Shown piece by piece: positions 13,901 to 25,705 of a stretch of 64,000 bases of DNA. This stretch comes from Anolis carolinensis (lineage: Eukaryota), in contig NC_085843.1 in the NCBI RefSeq assembly GCF_035594765.1, forward strand, positions 79,027,971 to 79,091,970, in the 5' to 3' direction. Made by a program: the position numbers and the translations under genes. The stretch's first letter is position 1. Each line of letters opens with the position of its first letter. The notes beneath the pieces were generated by a model. That model did no database searches. It was not told the origin of the DNA and saw only the letters and a program-made list of their open reading frames with translations.

Positions 13901-14053
13901 NNNNNNNNNNNNNNNNNNNNNNNNNNNNNNNNNNNNNNNNNNNNNNNNNNNNNNNNNNNNNNNNNNNNNNNNNNNNNNNNNNNNNNNNNNNNNNNNNNNN
14001 NNNNNNNNNNNNNNNNNNNNNNNNNNNNNNNNNNNNNNNNNNNNNNNNNNNNN
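13901..14053. other. Assembly gap (153 N)
   Basis: Run of n. Confidence 1.
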
Positions 14054-14384
14054 GCCTTCCCTGTGATACCAGATTGTGTAAAGGAATGTTGTAAACCTCC
14101 ACTATGGGGTCAAGCTCTACAAGTTTTTGTGATTTGCGGTGATACAATTAACTGTCTTGAGTATGTACTCTGCTTCTTAATTTTGCACTTTTAAATGACT
14201 TTCCAGGTGCATTCTAGGGGGAATATTCCCCAAGGTGCAAAATGCATTGTTCCATCAAGAAGTTTCCAAGTTTACATAATACATACATTATTTTAAAACA
14301 GTTTGTTTCAATGTTTGAATGAACAATACCGACTAGAAATCTTAACAGTTCCTATGCCTATTGACAAATGGAAAATCAATCAAT

Positions 14385-14685
14385 CAATCAATCATCATCA
14401 TCATTATCATCAGCAATTCCTCGTGTCCGAGTATGATTGCCTTCCAAATATAGGGTCTTGGTGGTGGGTCCGTAGGTGGCTGTGGAAGCCTATTATTGAT
14501 CTGCATGTTCTTCTGCAGTAAGGACATTGGTTTCCAGATGGAAGGCAGTCCTGATCAGGATTGTTTTGATGCGCCTTCCTCTTGACGCGTTTCTCCCTTT
14601 CGCCCTGCATTCATGTCTCTTTGAATTCCACAGCACTGTTGGTAACAGCTGACCTCCAGTTAGAATGCTCGAGGACCAGGGCTTT
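14385..14685 (-). mobile_element. RTE-clade LINE 3' end with C2H2 zinc-finger remnant
   Basis: Minus-strand ORF 14410-14610 contains CPYCRRTCRSIIGFHSHLRTH; (ATG)n/(ATTG)n-type tail. Confidence 0.7.
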
Positions 14686-15329
14686 CGTTCTCTGAGTCTA
14701 TGCCACAATTTTAAAAGTTGGCTTTAATGGTTTTAGTTCATAGTGATATGTTATTGTTTAGATAATATGCTTTGATTTTCACATGTATGTTTGGCATTGA
14801 ATTTTGCTATTATTATGTTGGAAACTGCTTTAAGTCCCCCAGGGGTGAGAAAAGTGATATAGAAATGCAGTAAATAAACCCTAAATGCTTTCAATCAATG
14901 AAGGAATGGCCTTACAATGTAATTTTCCCCCTTTGTGATTATAGAAGAAAGGTTAGCATTTTATGATTTTCATTATTTTATGCTGCAACAGAGGTTTATT
15001 TTATGTTGCTTTGAATGCCAAGTTCAAATAAAACAGAGCTTGCAATTGCCTTGAATAAAAACTTTATTTAAAAGGTTTAATAGCTTGACCAGTAAGGGGC
15101 AATTTTAAACAGCAAGGCTAAAATTGAAGGGGATTTTTTTTTCATTCTTCATTTAGATTAAACAGTGAAAAAGCAGGTGATTGATTGAATCTCAATTATT
15201 TTGTTAAGGCTTGCAATTGTCTAGAGAGAGGGTGTCAAATGGCTTCAAATCTTGCTTCCAAGTTTTATTATCTGTGATAAACAGGGACTGAGTTAAGCCT
15301 AGAACGAGAAAAAAAAGAACATAAGCCAT

Positions 15330-15467
15330 GCCACACAGCCTCTGAGGATGCCTGCCATAGATGTGGGCGAAACATCAGGAGAGAATACTTCTGGAACATG
15401 GCCACACAGCCCAAAAGACATACAACAATCCTGTGATCCCGGCCATGAAAGCCTTCGACAACACATA
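15330..15467 (+). mobile_element. Penelope-like element terminal (pLTR) fragment
   Basis: cctctgaggatgcctgccatagatgtgggcgaaacatcaggagagaat...ccatgaaagccttcgacaacac; homologous to 33280-33392 and 53604-53820. Confidence 0.75.
15339..15379 (+). ncRNA. Minimal type-I hammerhead ribozyme motif (Penelope-associated), probably degenerate
   Basis: Stem I CCU/AGG; core CUGAGGA; stem II GCCUGC-loop-GUGGGC; GAAA; cleavage triplet AUC. Confidence 0.7.
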
Positions 15468-15611
15468 GAACATAAGCAAGTTTACTTGACAGAATAATTT
15501 TTTTTTCTTTCTGATCGGCTTTCTTCATTACAGTTTGGACTGGGTTGGTTAGAGCCCTTTTGTATTTGGTGTATTTGGTGTTTTAGTTTAGTTTTAATTC
15601 AAACACACGCA

Positions 15612-15930
15612 GGAGCCCCCTATGGTGCAGTGGGTTAAACTGCTGTGCTGCTGAACTTGCTGGCAGTTGGAATCTGGGGAGCAGAGTGAGCTCTCACTAT
15701 TAGCCCTAGCTTCTGCCAACCTAGCAGTTTGAAAACATGGAAATGTGAGTAGAGCAATAGGTACCGCTTCTGCAGGAAGGTAACGGTGCTCCATGCAGTC
15801 ATGCCGGCCACATGACCTTGGAGGTGTCTACGGACAACGCTGGCTCTTCGACTTAGAAACAGAGATGAGCACCAACCTCCAGAGTCAGACACGACTAGAC
15901 TTAATTTCAGGGGAAACCTTTACCTTTACC
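15612..15930 (+). mobile_element. Sauria SINE
   Basis: tRNA-like head ggagcccc..tggtgcagtgggttaa, body gaaaacatg.aaatgtgagtaga, (ACCTTT)n tail. Confidence 0.9.
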
Positions 15931-15941
15931 CTACATGAACA

Positions 15942-16158
15942 GGGCACATCTATACTGTAGAATTAATCGGACAGTATCAATTTTAACTGCTATGGCTTAG
16001 TGCTATGGAATCCTGGCATTTGTAATTTGGTGAGGTACTTTACCTCTTTGGCAAGAAAGGCTAAAGACCTTGTAAAACTACAACTCCCAGTATTCCATAG
16101 CATTGGCTCACGGCCATTAAAGTGGTGTCAAACTGCATTAATTCTGCAGTGTAGATGC
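15942..16158. mobile_element. Harbinger-like MITE (catctacactg.agaatta family)
   Basis: Inverted ends catctatactgtagaattaat / attaattctgcagtgtagatg; relatives near 26467, 29309, 30140, 38895. Confidence 0.65.
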
Positions 16159-16296
16159 AGTGTAGACTTCTGTTAAAATTAATATTTTGTTTTTTAAAAA
16201 AGAACTCAAATGAGTTGGCTGTGTTGTATCATGTTCATATCTAACAATCTAAAGCTAACAGCCAGTAAGCAAAATGATAGCTGGGAGCAAAGAACA

Positions 16297-16988
16297 TAGA
16301 ATCATAGAATAGTAGAGTTGGAAGAGACCTCATGGGCCATCCAGTCCAACCCCCTGCCAAGAAGCAAGAAATTGCGCTCAAAGTTCCCCCGACAGATGGC
16401 CATCCAGCCTCTGCTTAAAAGCCTCCAAAGAAGGAGCCTCGACCACAGTCTGGGGAAGAGAGTTCCACTGCCGAACAGCCCTCACTGTGAGGAAGTTCTT
16501 CCTGATGTTCAGGTGGAATCTCCTTCCCTGTAGTTTGAAGCCATTGTTCCGCGTCCTAGTCTGCAGGGCAGCAGAAAACAAGCTTGCTCCCTCCTCCCTA
16601 TGACTTGCCTTCACGTATTTGTACATGGCCCTCATCATGTCTCCTCTCAGCCTTCTCTTCTGCAGGCTAAACATGCCCAGTTATTTAAGCCGCTCCTCAT
16701 AGGGCTTGTTCTCCAGACCCTTGATCATTTTAGTTGCCCTCCTCTGGATGCTTTCCAGCTTGTCAACCTCTCACTTCAATTGCGGTGCCCAGAATTGGAC
16801 ACAGTATTCCAGGTGTGGTCTGACCAAGGCAGAATAGAGGGGGAGCATGACTTCCCTGGATCTAGATGCTATACCCCTATTGATGCAGGCCAGAATCCCA
16901 TTGGCTTTTTTAGCAGCCGCATCACATTGCTGGCTCATGTTTAACTTGTTGTCCATGTGGACTCCAAGAACTTTTTCACACGTACTGC
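16297..16988 (-). mobile_element. CR1 LINE, 5'-truncated
   Basis: (ATTCTATG)-type tail; minus-strand peptides [18 protein letters not shown]...[15 protein letters not shown] and FSLQKRRLRGDM...WNSLP, typical of the CR1 ORF2 C-terminus. Confidence 0.95.
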
Positions 16989-18310
16989 AGTTTCATCTTC
17001 AGCTCTCAACGAGGGAGATGTTTAGCCAGGGAGAAATTTAAATTTAAAATGTGGAGTATACAGGCAGTATTTTGCTAAATTTAGGAAGTCATTCACTTTG
17101 GTACATGAAGTTCTCTTTCATGACAATTATAAATGAAAATTGCATTTTTTTTTCAGTAGTCTTAACTGGCACTTCTAAGACCAAAAAAGAAGAGAGGGAA
17201 GAAACAAAGACATAGTCACTAGATTTACAGCTATAGTTGATACTACGCTCTTTCCTCCCTCAGATCAAATTACAGTTGGATTGCTGCTTGAGAGTGTCAT
17301 TTCGAAACACTGTTTTTTAAGTAAAGGGTTGTCAAGTGTTCTTTATCAGCTTGCTTTTCATTTCTTTGTCCTTTTTTGAAAAACTAGTAGGCACCTTTTC
17401 ATACTGCAAGTTGAAATCGTCTGTGGGAGTGCACATATGGAATATTGCACACAATGAGGCAACTTTGCAGAGGTCTTTTCATTCCACGTAGGTTGCATTC
17501 CACAATGGCTCATCCCACATGATTGGCTGTGGGCATAATGTATGTGTCCATATTTACAAACATAGACTTTTAGTGATGACTGGTAGCTACTCTGTCAAGC
17601 CCCAGAGGCAATGTTGTTGACAGTGCTCTGCCTCCCTTCCAAGGGGACACCATGTTGCCAAATGTATGTGGCAGTATTACCGGTCAGACCGGTGGCAGCG
17701 ACTGCTAGAGAAGCCACTTGTAGATGCAGTTCCTCTCTAGTCCTTCCTTCATCCTAGTAGGACTCAATCCTTTTGAGTCACTTAGGGCCGGTGAGCCAAT
17801 CCTCCCATATCAGCAAACCACTGGGCTTCTGGCACTGGTTTTCCATCAAAAGCCTCCCTGAAGGGATATTGTGAGCCCTTGGCTGGACAAGAATGGCAGA
17901 GATGGATATTCTGAAAAATATACAAACATAAACATAGTTATACCAATTCAACATGTGCTCAGTTAGGTATGTTTGATTTTTTTTTTTTTTTTTTTGCAAA
18001 TTTTAAGACAAACTAGCCAGGCCACAAGCTCCCATGGGCCAAAGATTATTCAGATTTTAAACTTCTCTGATACAGTTATTGACATGTGTGTGTCTATACA
18101 CAGATACACCATATTTCTTCAATTCTAAGACACACTTTTCCTCCCATATAAATATCTTCTAATAATTGGGTGTGTGAAAGTATCATGGGTGCTTTTTTAC
18201 ATATAAACTTTTTTTTCCTGTTGGTGGCACTGAAATTATTGTGCATCTTATAATTGATGGTGTCTTAGAATCAAAGAGGTACACACCGATATTAAGGTTC
18301 AAAGCAGATA

Positions 18311-18637
18311 GGTAAAAGTAAAGATTTTCCCCTGACATTGTCTAGTCGTGTCCAACTCTGGGGGTTGGTGCTCATCTCCATTTCTAAGCCAAAGAGCCGA
18401 CATTGTCCGTAAACACTTCCAAGGTCATGTGGCCAGCATAACTGCACAGAGTGCCGTTACCTTCCTGCCAGAGGGGTACCTATTGATCTACTCACATTTG
18501 CATGTTTTTGAAGTGCTAGGTTAGCAGAAGCTAGGGCTAACAGCGGCTGCTCACCTCGCTTCACGGATTCGAACCGCTGACCTTTCGGTCAACAAGTTCA
18601 GCAGTTCAGCGGTTTAACCCACTATGCTATCGGGGGC
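18311..18637 (-). mobile_element. Sauria SINE inserted in a Harbinger-like MITE
   Basis: Reverse complement of 15612-15930; flanked by tcaaagcagata (18299-18310, 18642-18653). Confidence 0.9.
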
Positions 18638-18709
18638 GTAATCAAAGCAGATATTGTTGGTTTTTCTGTCTTGATATTCTGGATTATATGGCTGTGTGGA
18701 AGGGCCCAT

Positions 18710-18905
18710 AGTCAGTATGGTGTTTGATCACTAGGCTACGACTCTCCTGGAGAACAAGTGGCTAATCTTGGGCCAGTCACACTCCTTCAAAGTCAAAGGA
18801 AAGCATAAGTCATTTGCCCCAACAAACCTGGTTAAGAGAACCCTGTGATATGTTCACCTTAGGGTCTCCATAATTCAAAAATGATTCAAAGGTACATAAT
18901 AACAA
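18710..18905 (+). mobile_element. Old tRNA-derived SINE (unnamed family)
   Basis: Shares cttggg..agtcac...ccctgtgata.gttcaccttagggtc.ccata with 22211-22440 and 45285-45485. Confidence 0.55.
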
Positions 18906-19769
18906 CTTTTAGAAATAGGGATAAACGAGAGGGGAAAATACATTAAGAAATGCATACGTTACATTTTAAAATTTAATGCAGATTTTAAAAAATAAAGTAT
19001 TGAAGAAAATAACTGGATAATATATGTAATATTAACACAAATATGAAAAACTGGCATCAATAAATTCCTGTTCTATGAGCAAAAGATCATTTTCAAGGCC
19101 AATGGAAATCATCTCAAGTAAAACATAATGAAATAAAACTGGCATGTTCTGGGCTGTATAAATTTAACAAAGCCAATATTATCTAACTTGGTTGTTATTC
19201 ACTGTTTACCAATTCAATCAGTTATTACATTTCATGAATTTCATTTTTTTTAAATGCTCAGCTTATTACAATTACTTACATGACCAATTTTCAAGAAGTC
19301 ATCACAATAGCCAGTTTGGGGTAATTGGTTTAATTATTCAAGTCTTCTAACTGCAAGTCTTTCAGCACACTGTAGGTGGCTTTAATGGGGCTTAATTATG
19401 CACACGTCACACTGAAATGTATAATCTGTGTGCGAATGATAGCTAGAACCTGTGTGAGTAAGGAGAGGAATTTAGATCACTACAGACAAATTCAGATTGA
19501 AATCTCAATTAAATAAAGTGTATCTCAATTTTAAGTAGAGCATAGCAATCATTTCTATAAATAATAGCACAGTGGAAAGGAGGAGTTGATGACTGGTAGT
19601 TAAATCCCGGTAATTAGGAATGACTCCAACTTTGTTTACTATACCTTAGACTGCCACTTGGTATTGACATCTTGGATGACCTATTCATCAAGAAGTGTTT
19701 GTCTCCATTGCCAAACATCTGGGACACAAACAGCTGGAAGGTGTTTCAGTAGAAAATGAAGTGAAATGA

Positions 19770-20436
19770 GGCTGGATCTACACTGCCATATAATCCAAAT
19801 TATCTGCTTTGAACTGAATTATATGAAGCCCCTTTTACACTACCATAAATCGTATATACTAGAATATAAGATGAGTTTTTCAGCCCTTTCTTAGGGCTGA
19901 AATGGCCCCCCTCGGCTTATACTCGAGTGAGAGTCCTGGCTGGTTTATATTCGGGTTGTCTTATACTCAAGTATATAGATAATCAGAATTGGACAGTCTT
20001 ATCTTAAATTACAGTTTTATGTAAATATTCAATAAACATTAATTTTTGAAATGTACCAGTAGCTACTGCATTTCCCACACTTATCTTATACTTGAGTCAA
20101 TACATTTTCTCAGTTTTTTGTGGTAAAATTAGGTGTCGCGGTTTATATTCGGTTTGGTTTATATTTGAGAATATACGGTAATCCCGTATCTGATACCAGA
20201 TTATTTGCTTTAAACTGTATTATATGAGTCTATACTGCCATATAATCCAATTCAAAGCAGATAATCCAGAATTTATATAGCAGTGTAGTCTGGATCTACA
20301 CTCCCCTATATCCCAGGATCTGATCCCACGTTGTCTGCTTTGACCTAGATTATATGAGTCTGCACTGCCAGATAATCTGGGATAAGAAGATAATCTGGGA
20401 TCAGACCCTGGGATTTAGAGCAGTATAGATTCAGCC
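19770..20436. mobile_element. Harbinger-like MITE cluster with nested pogo-like MITE (about 19850-20179)
   Basis: cgtatatact.gaatataag ... tttatatttgagaatatacgg TIRs inside ctacactgccatataatcc-family palindromes. Confidence 0.7.
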
Positions 20437-20696
20437 ATAAATGGTGCCTGGGAGTCAAGATTGAGCACAGTTTTTTCCCCTTTCCAGATTGGGTCCATTC
20501 ACTTTCAGAGGAAAAGTAATTTCTGGAGAAATTTCTGGCAAAATTTTCTTAGATAAAGAAACAGCAAGATGGGATAAATATCCCCATTATTTTTGGGGAA
20601 AGACCAGGGTGACTGTAGAGCATTTCACTGAATGCTCCACTTTGGAAGCATTCTGGAATCAATGTACAAAGGCTGACGGCTGAATCATTTCAGTAT

Positions 20697-21100
20697 TGGT
20701 ACCATAAGGAAGGCTGAGTGAAGGAATATAGATGCTTTTGAACTTTGGTGCTGGAGGAAAATGCTGAGAGTACCTTGGACTGCAAGAAGATCCAACCAGT
20801 CAATCCTCCAGGAAATAATGCCCGGCTGCTCACTAGAGGGAAGGATACTAGAAGCAAAGATGAAGTATTTTGGCCACATCATGAGAAGACAGGAAAGCTT
20901 GGAAAATATCATGATGCTGGAGAAGATGGAAGGAAAAAGGAAGAGAGGCCGACCAAGGGCAAGATGGATGGATGGTGTCCTTGAAGTGACTGGCTTGACC
21001 TTGAGGGAACTGGGGGCGGCGACGGCTGACAGGAAGCTCTGGCGTGGACTGGTCCATGAGGTCACGAAGAGTCGGAAACGACTGCGTGAATGAAGAAGAG
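20697..21100 (+). mobile_element. RTE-BovB LINE 3' fragment
   Basis: Peptide LRVPWTARRSNQSILQEI...YFGHIMRRQESLE...GKRKRGRPRARWMDG...VHEVTKSRKRL. Confidence 0.92.
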
Positions 21101-22210
21101 TAAGACAGTTCTTATTCCATGCCACCTGTTTCTAGCACATACGCCTGAGATGTACCCAGTCTTGTTATTGTACTAGTAATCCTGTGTAGGCCAAGTATAG
21201 TTCTGGGACTCAATGTATCCCCCAACTGAATGTATAGCTGCTGGTTCTCCATTAATCCTCCCATGGTTTCTTGCACCACAGAGGTTGAAATTGTGTCTCC
21301 TGGAAAACTCCAGAAGCAGCAGTCTTCTTTCATAAATGTTGCAGCATCCCATGTGCTCTTTTTCTGTAAAAGGCCTAGACATTTTCCCTTCCCCAACCAG
21401 AAATTTTCTCACCTTGGTTTTGGGCATTTTGGTAGTCCATACGGCTCCAGACTACTCACTGTTGCTCATCCTATGACACCGCTGAGGATTGCAAGTAGGA
21501 TGGCCAAGTAAAAGGAAATACAAGGCTTCTGTGACTTTTATGAGTGACACACAAGTTTCACCTGCTGAAATTTCCTTTCTATATAGTTGATAGAGATACA
21601 GGAAGGCTGCTCTTTTCTCATGCCCACCCACTGTGCTGGCAACCCTACTAGTAAAGGAATGTATAGCCAGCTAGGCAGTCAACTCCAAGTGCACTATGCA
21701 TTATGTAAAGGATAGTTTTTATGGTGTTACCTTATATAAATAATACCAATAATTCATATAAGTATTATAAGGCAAGGTTAACATGCCATGGCTGGCACTC
21801 TGTTGATCCAACTGCAGTAGACTCATTCATTCAATTGTTCAATAGTGAGTCTACATATAGATAAATCGAATAGAGTCAATAATACTACTCTAGTTAAGCC
21901 TGAAATATAATTTAGGACTATATTTGTAAAAAGAAGTTGCATAGCAAAATATGCTGAAAATTTCCTGTGGCCATGTGTATCAGATACTTTGTCCTAGAAC
22001 CCTAGAACTACTATTACATGCAATGAGTTTGTTCTAGATTCAGCAGTTGGCCTAGTTATGTTTATTCATAAACAATTTGCCAGATGTAGAGCACATTTCT
22101 TCCCTAGTGCACACCCTCACATTAATCTCCACATAACATAGCATACCTCCTGGAGGCCATTTCATAACTAGTAAAAGCACGGGTTTTCCAGCATGCTATG
22201 AAATATCTCA

Positions 22211-22440
22211 CAGAGCCAGTGTGGTCTAGTGATTTGAAAGTTGAACTAGGATTCTGGAAGACCAGAACTGAAATTTCTGCTCAGCCATTGAAACCCAAAA
22301 GTGATCTTGGGCAAATCACTCTTTCAGTCTCAGAGGAAGACAATGGCAAACTCCTTCTGAACAAATCTTGCCAAGAAAATGCTGTGATAGGTTTGCCTTA
22401 TGATTGCCAGATATCGGAGATGTCTTGAAAGCATACAGCA
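22211..22440 (+). mobile_element. Old tRNA-derived SINE (unnamed family)
   Basis: A-box-like gtgtggtctagtg, tcagccattgaaac, gtgatcttgggcaa.tcac, RTE-like tail cttgaaagca. Confidence 0.6.
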
Positions 22441-22455
22441 GCCACTATGAAGTAT

Positions 22456-22459
<4 letters not shown>

Positions 22460-22488
<29 letters not shown>
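22460..22488. repeat. (CA)n microsatellite
   Basis: Direct reading. Confidence 0.95.
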
Positions 22489-22491
<3 letters not shown>

Positions 22492-23601
22492 TCTTCTTTA
22501 AAACATATACTTGCTCTTTATATACAAGTATAATTTTACTCTGAAGGCTAGTGACTCACCTTAGCCATTGTTTTGTTTTGCCAAAGTCCAAGTTATGTTG
22601 ACTAAGACAACATATCACACCTAGACAATGTAATTAATCCAGATCATGTTTGAGGCTTATTGTGTGCTGATAGAAGATCATTGTTGGTACACCTACCTTT
22701 CTCAAAAGTATCATTTTGGGAGGAAAGATCAACCACTAATTTAATGTGTTAGTAACCTTGAAGAAAACATATTAGGGCATGCTAGTTAAAGTTTGCTTAT
22801 TTCATATAGTAATTCATGATGTGCTCCTTAAGACAATCTTTTCCAATCTGATATCTTCCTAATACATTGGCTACACTTCTTATTATTCCCAGCCAATAAA
22901 GGCCCCTTCTACACTGCCATATAAAATCCAGACTATCTGCTTTGAACTGGATTATATGGCTCTTTACAGTGTTGCTAGTAACTGAGGTTAATAAAAAGAG
23001 CACAGCTTTGAAGATTCCGTATCATGTCGTAACAATCTACCTCCCTTTCCCAATACATCTCTTTTAAAGGAAATGGTTGCAAAACCTACACATTAGAGTA
23101 AATTTACATTTTTTTTTAAAAAAAAAGGTCAGCTCTGTTGTCAACTACCATGCATTTTGCACAACACAACCGGGGTACATGGTGAACTTTATTCCAACTT
23201 CTCCTAAGAATTTCAACATGTGCTTACTTCAATCTGTCAAGAGTGACCTATGTCTAGATATAGATTTCCAAAAGTCAAATTTAGCAGAAGGTCTATAAAG
23301 AGCCACTGCAGATGCACTCTTTATTGAGCTAGTGGAGTTCAATGTGAAATTTTCACCCCTCTCCATTACTGTTATTGGTTTGGATAGGGGTGGAGAGCAT
23401 TATTGGCACTTCCATATATAACTCCCTCTTAAAAATTAGCCGTCCTGTGTGGTAGTTAGCCTTAGATAAAGTTCCCATGGTGTATTAGGGAGGAGTACCA
23501 GGATGAGAGAAGCATAAGCTGTGTCCATAGGCTTCCCCCCACCCAATTTATATTGCACTTCATAATGGTCTCCATCTACCTTCATGCTGCAATCCTTACA
23601 G

Positions 23602-23736
23602 CAGTGGTTCTCAACCTGTGGTTCCTTAGGTGTTTTGACCTACAACTCCCAGAAATCCCAACCAGTTTACCAGCTGTTAGGATTTCTGGGAATTGAAGGC
23701 CAAAACATCTGAGGACCCACAGGTTGAGAACCACTG
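23602..23736. mobile_element. hAT MITE, 135 bp
   Basis: TIR cagtggttctcaacctgtgg; perfect 8-bp TSD ccttacag. Confidence 0.92.
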
Positions 23737-25444
23737 CCTTACAGTAATTCTGTATGGTAGGTGTGGTCAAAATGTGGTCCTGCAGATGTGACTGGACTTC
23801 CATCTCCCATCATCCCTCTCTATGGATTGTGCTGGCTAGGGCACAGCAAAGGGCTTCATTTTGCCACCTCTACAGTGTGGAAAGTCAGTAACCTGAATCC
23901 TATTATTAGTTTCCAATTCAAATCGATCTGTTGAATCAGTAGGATGTACCCATATGTCAGTTCATCATTCAACAAATGTTTCAACTTCACTTGGCTCTAA
24001 CCAATAGGATTCAGGCAAATATGATCATCTCCATTTGAGGGAGAGGAATGAAGCTGACAGCCATATTTTTAAGTCTAACCTGGCTCCCTTTCACAAACAC
24101 AGAGGGTTATGGCTGCCAAGTACCTAATTCTGACAATCAATATGTGGACATCATTGATTCAACTAAAAATCCCATGAGTGTTTCCTGGACAATTCCAGAA
24201 GTGAACTATACAGTTCATTTAGAAGGCAGCCATTTCAGAAAGACTGAGCATGTTTAAACATTTTTTCACGTAAGCTTGAGAGAAAAATAATTGACAAAGA
24301 ACAAAGAACACTCATTCTGACATCTTATCCCATCTTTTTTTCTTTTTTGACAGCTGCTTCCTCAATATAAGGGTGGTATAATTGTTCTCATCAGTCTTAT
24401 AATTAAAATCACTATCCAGCTGACGTACAATTTGCAGAGGCTTCCCTAATGAGTTTGACAGATGTTGCCTTATTAGATCAGGACTCTGCCATCATTATAA
24501 TCAGGTCTTTTGTGTGCGTCTGTTAATGTTTGTTGTCATAATCTTCTCAATTGTACATATATGAGAGAAAAATGAGATCTCGAGTCTCAGTCGATCCAAT
24601 CCACACTGTCAATTCAAAGGATACCTCTACAATTGTAGTATATTTTCTGCCCATGAGATTATCTACCAAGTTCCCATTCAAATTGACTGGGTGGGTAGGT
24701 AGCAAAGGAGCAATATTCCAGTAGGAGAAATATTCTCTCCGATGTGGGGAAAACCATTGTTCTCCCTCCCTGATCCTGTTTTTATCATTATTGATTTTTA
24801 AATATGATATGTTCAGCAGGACTCATAAAGAAGAAAGCAGCTTGAGAAAAAGTAACTTTTGCAAGAGATGAACACTGACCAGGGGCCCTTTTATACTACA
24901 GTAGAAGCTACATTTTCATGGGAGCTTAGTGGTGCAGAACTTCTGCAGAAGTGGGGAAAGCATGAATTAAAAACCCAATTTTTTAAAATCTGAGATAACA
25001 TCTTCCTAGCAATCTCTAGGACAGTCCTCTAAGGTGACTTCATGGTCATCTTCTGCCAGGAGTGATCCAAGGGGGTGAAGTATATCCCCCCAAATGTTCT
25101 GCACCTTCCATAGCTCATGTAAAAATTTAGACCCAAACTCAGGGGAGAACTGCAGGTACTGCAGGTGTGGATGGGGAGAGAGTGCAGCTAATTCATCTCC
25201 AGGAATAGTGAATGATCATTGGGAATGAGCTCTCCTTTATTTATCACTTGCTGTGTATTTCTGGTTGCAAGACAATTTCATGTTCTGCTGAGCAAGGCCT
25301 TTGCTCTCTTTCTAGGCATTTCTGAGCTTATAAAGGAAGAAGAGCTCCCACCAAACTCAACAGTATTTTCTTCTGGGTAAACAACATGTATACTATCTGG
25401 CTGTAAGGCTGCAGCTCTATTACATTGATTTATTACATCGACTA

Positions 25445-25705
25445 GAGCCCCCAGTGGTGCAATGGGTTAAACCCTTGTGCCAGCAGGACTGCTGACTAAC
25501 AGGTTGGCAGTTCGAATCTGGGGAGAGCGGGTGAGCTCCCTCTGTCAGCTCCAGCTCCCCATGCAGGGACATGAGAGAAGCCTCCCACAAGGATGGTAAA
25601 ACATCAAACATCTGGGCATCCCCTGGGCAACGTCCTAGCAGACAGCCAATTCCCTCACGCCAGAAGTGACTTGCAGTTTCTCATATTGCTCCTGATACAA
25701 AAAAA
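25445..25705 (+). mobile_element. Poly-A tRNA-derived SINE (Anolis SINE2-like)
   Basis: A/B boxes (tggtgcaatgg, gttcgaatc), ggatggtaaaacatcaaa body, A tail; paralogues at 34255 and 41247. Confidence 0.85.

Noticed and set aside
13816-14194. ORFs spanning X residues
   Set aside because: Created by the N gap.
14410-14610. C2H2 zinc-finger gene
   Set aside because: It is the C-terminal finger of an RTE LINE fragment with a microsatellite tail.
25445-25530. tRNA gene (also at 15612, 41247, 59999)
   Set aside because: The A/B boxes belong to SINE heads; no complete cloverleaf, and each continues into a SINE body and tail.
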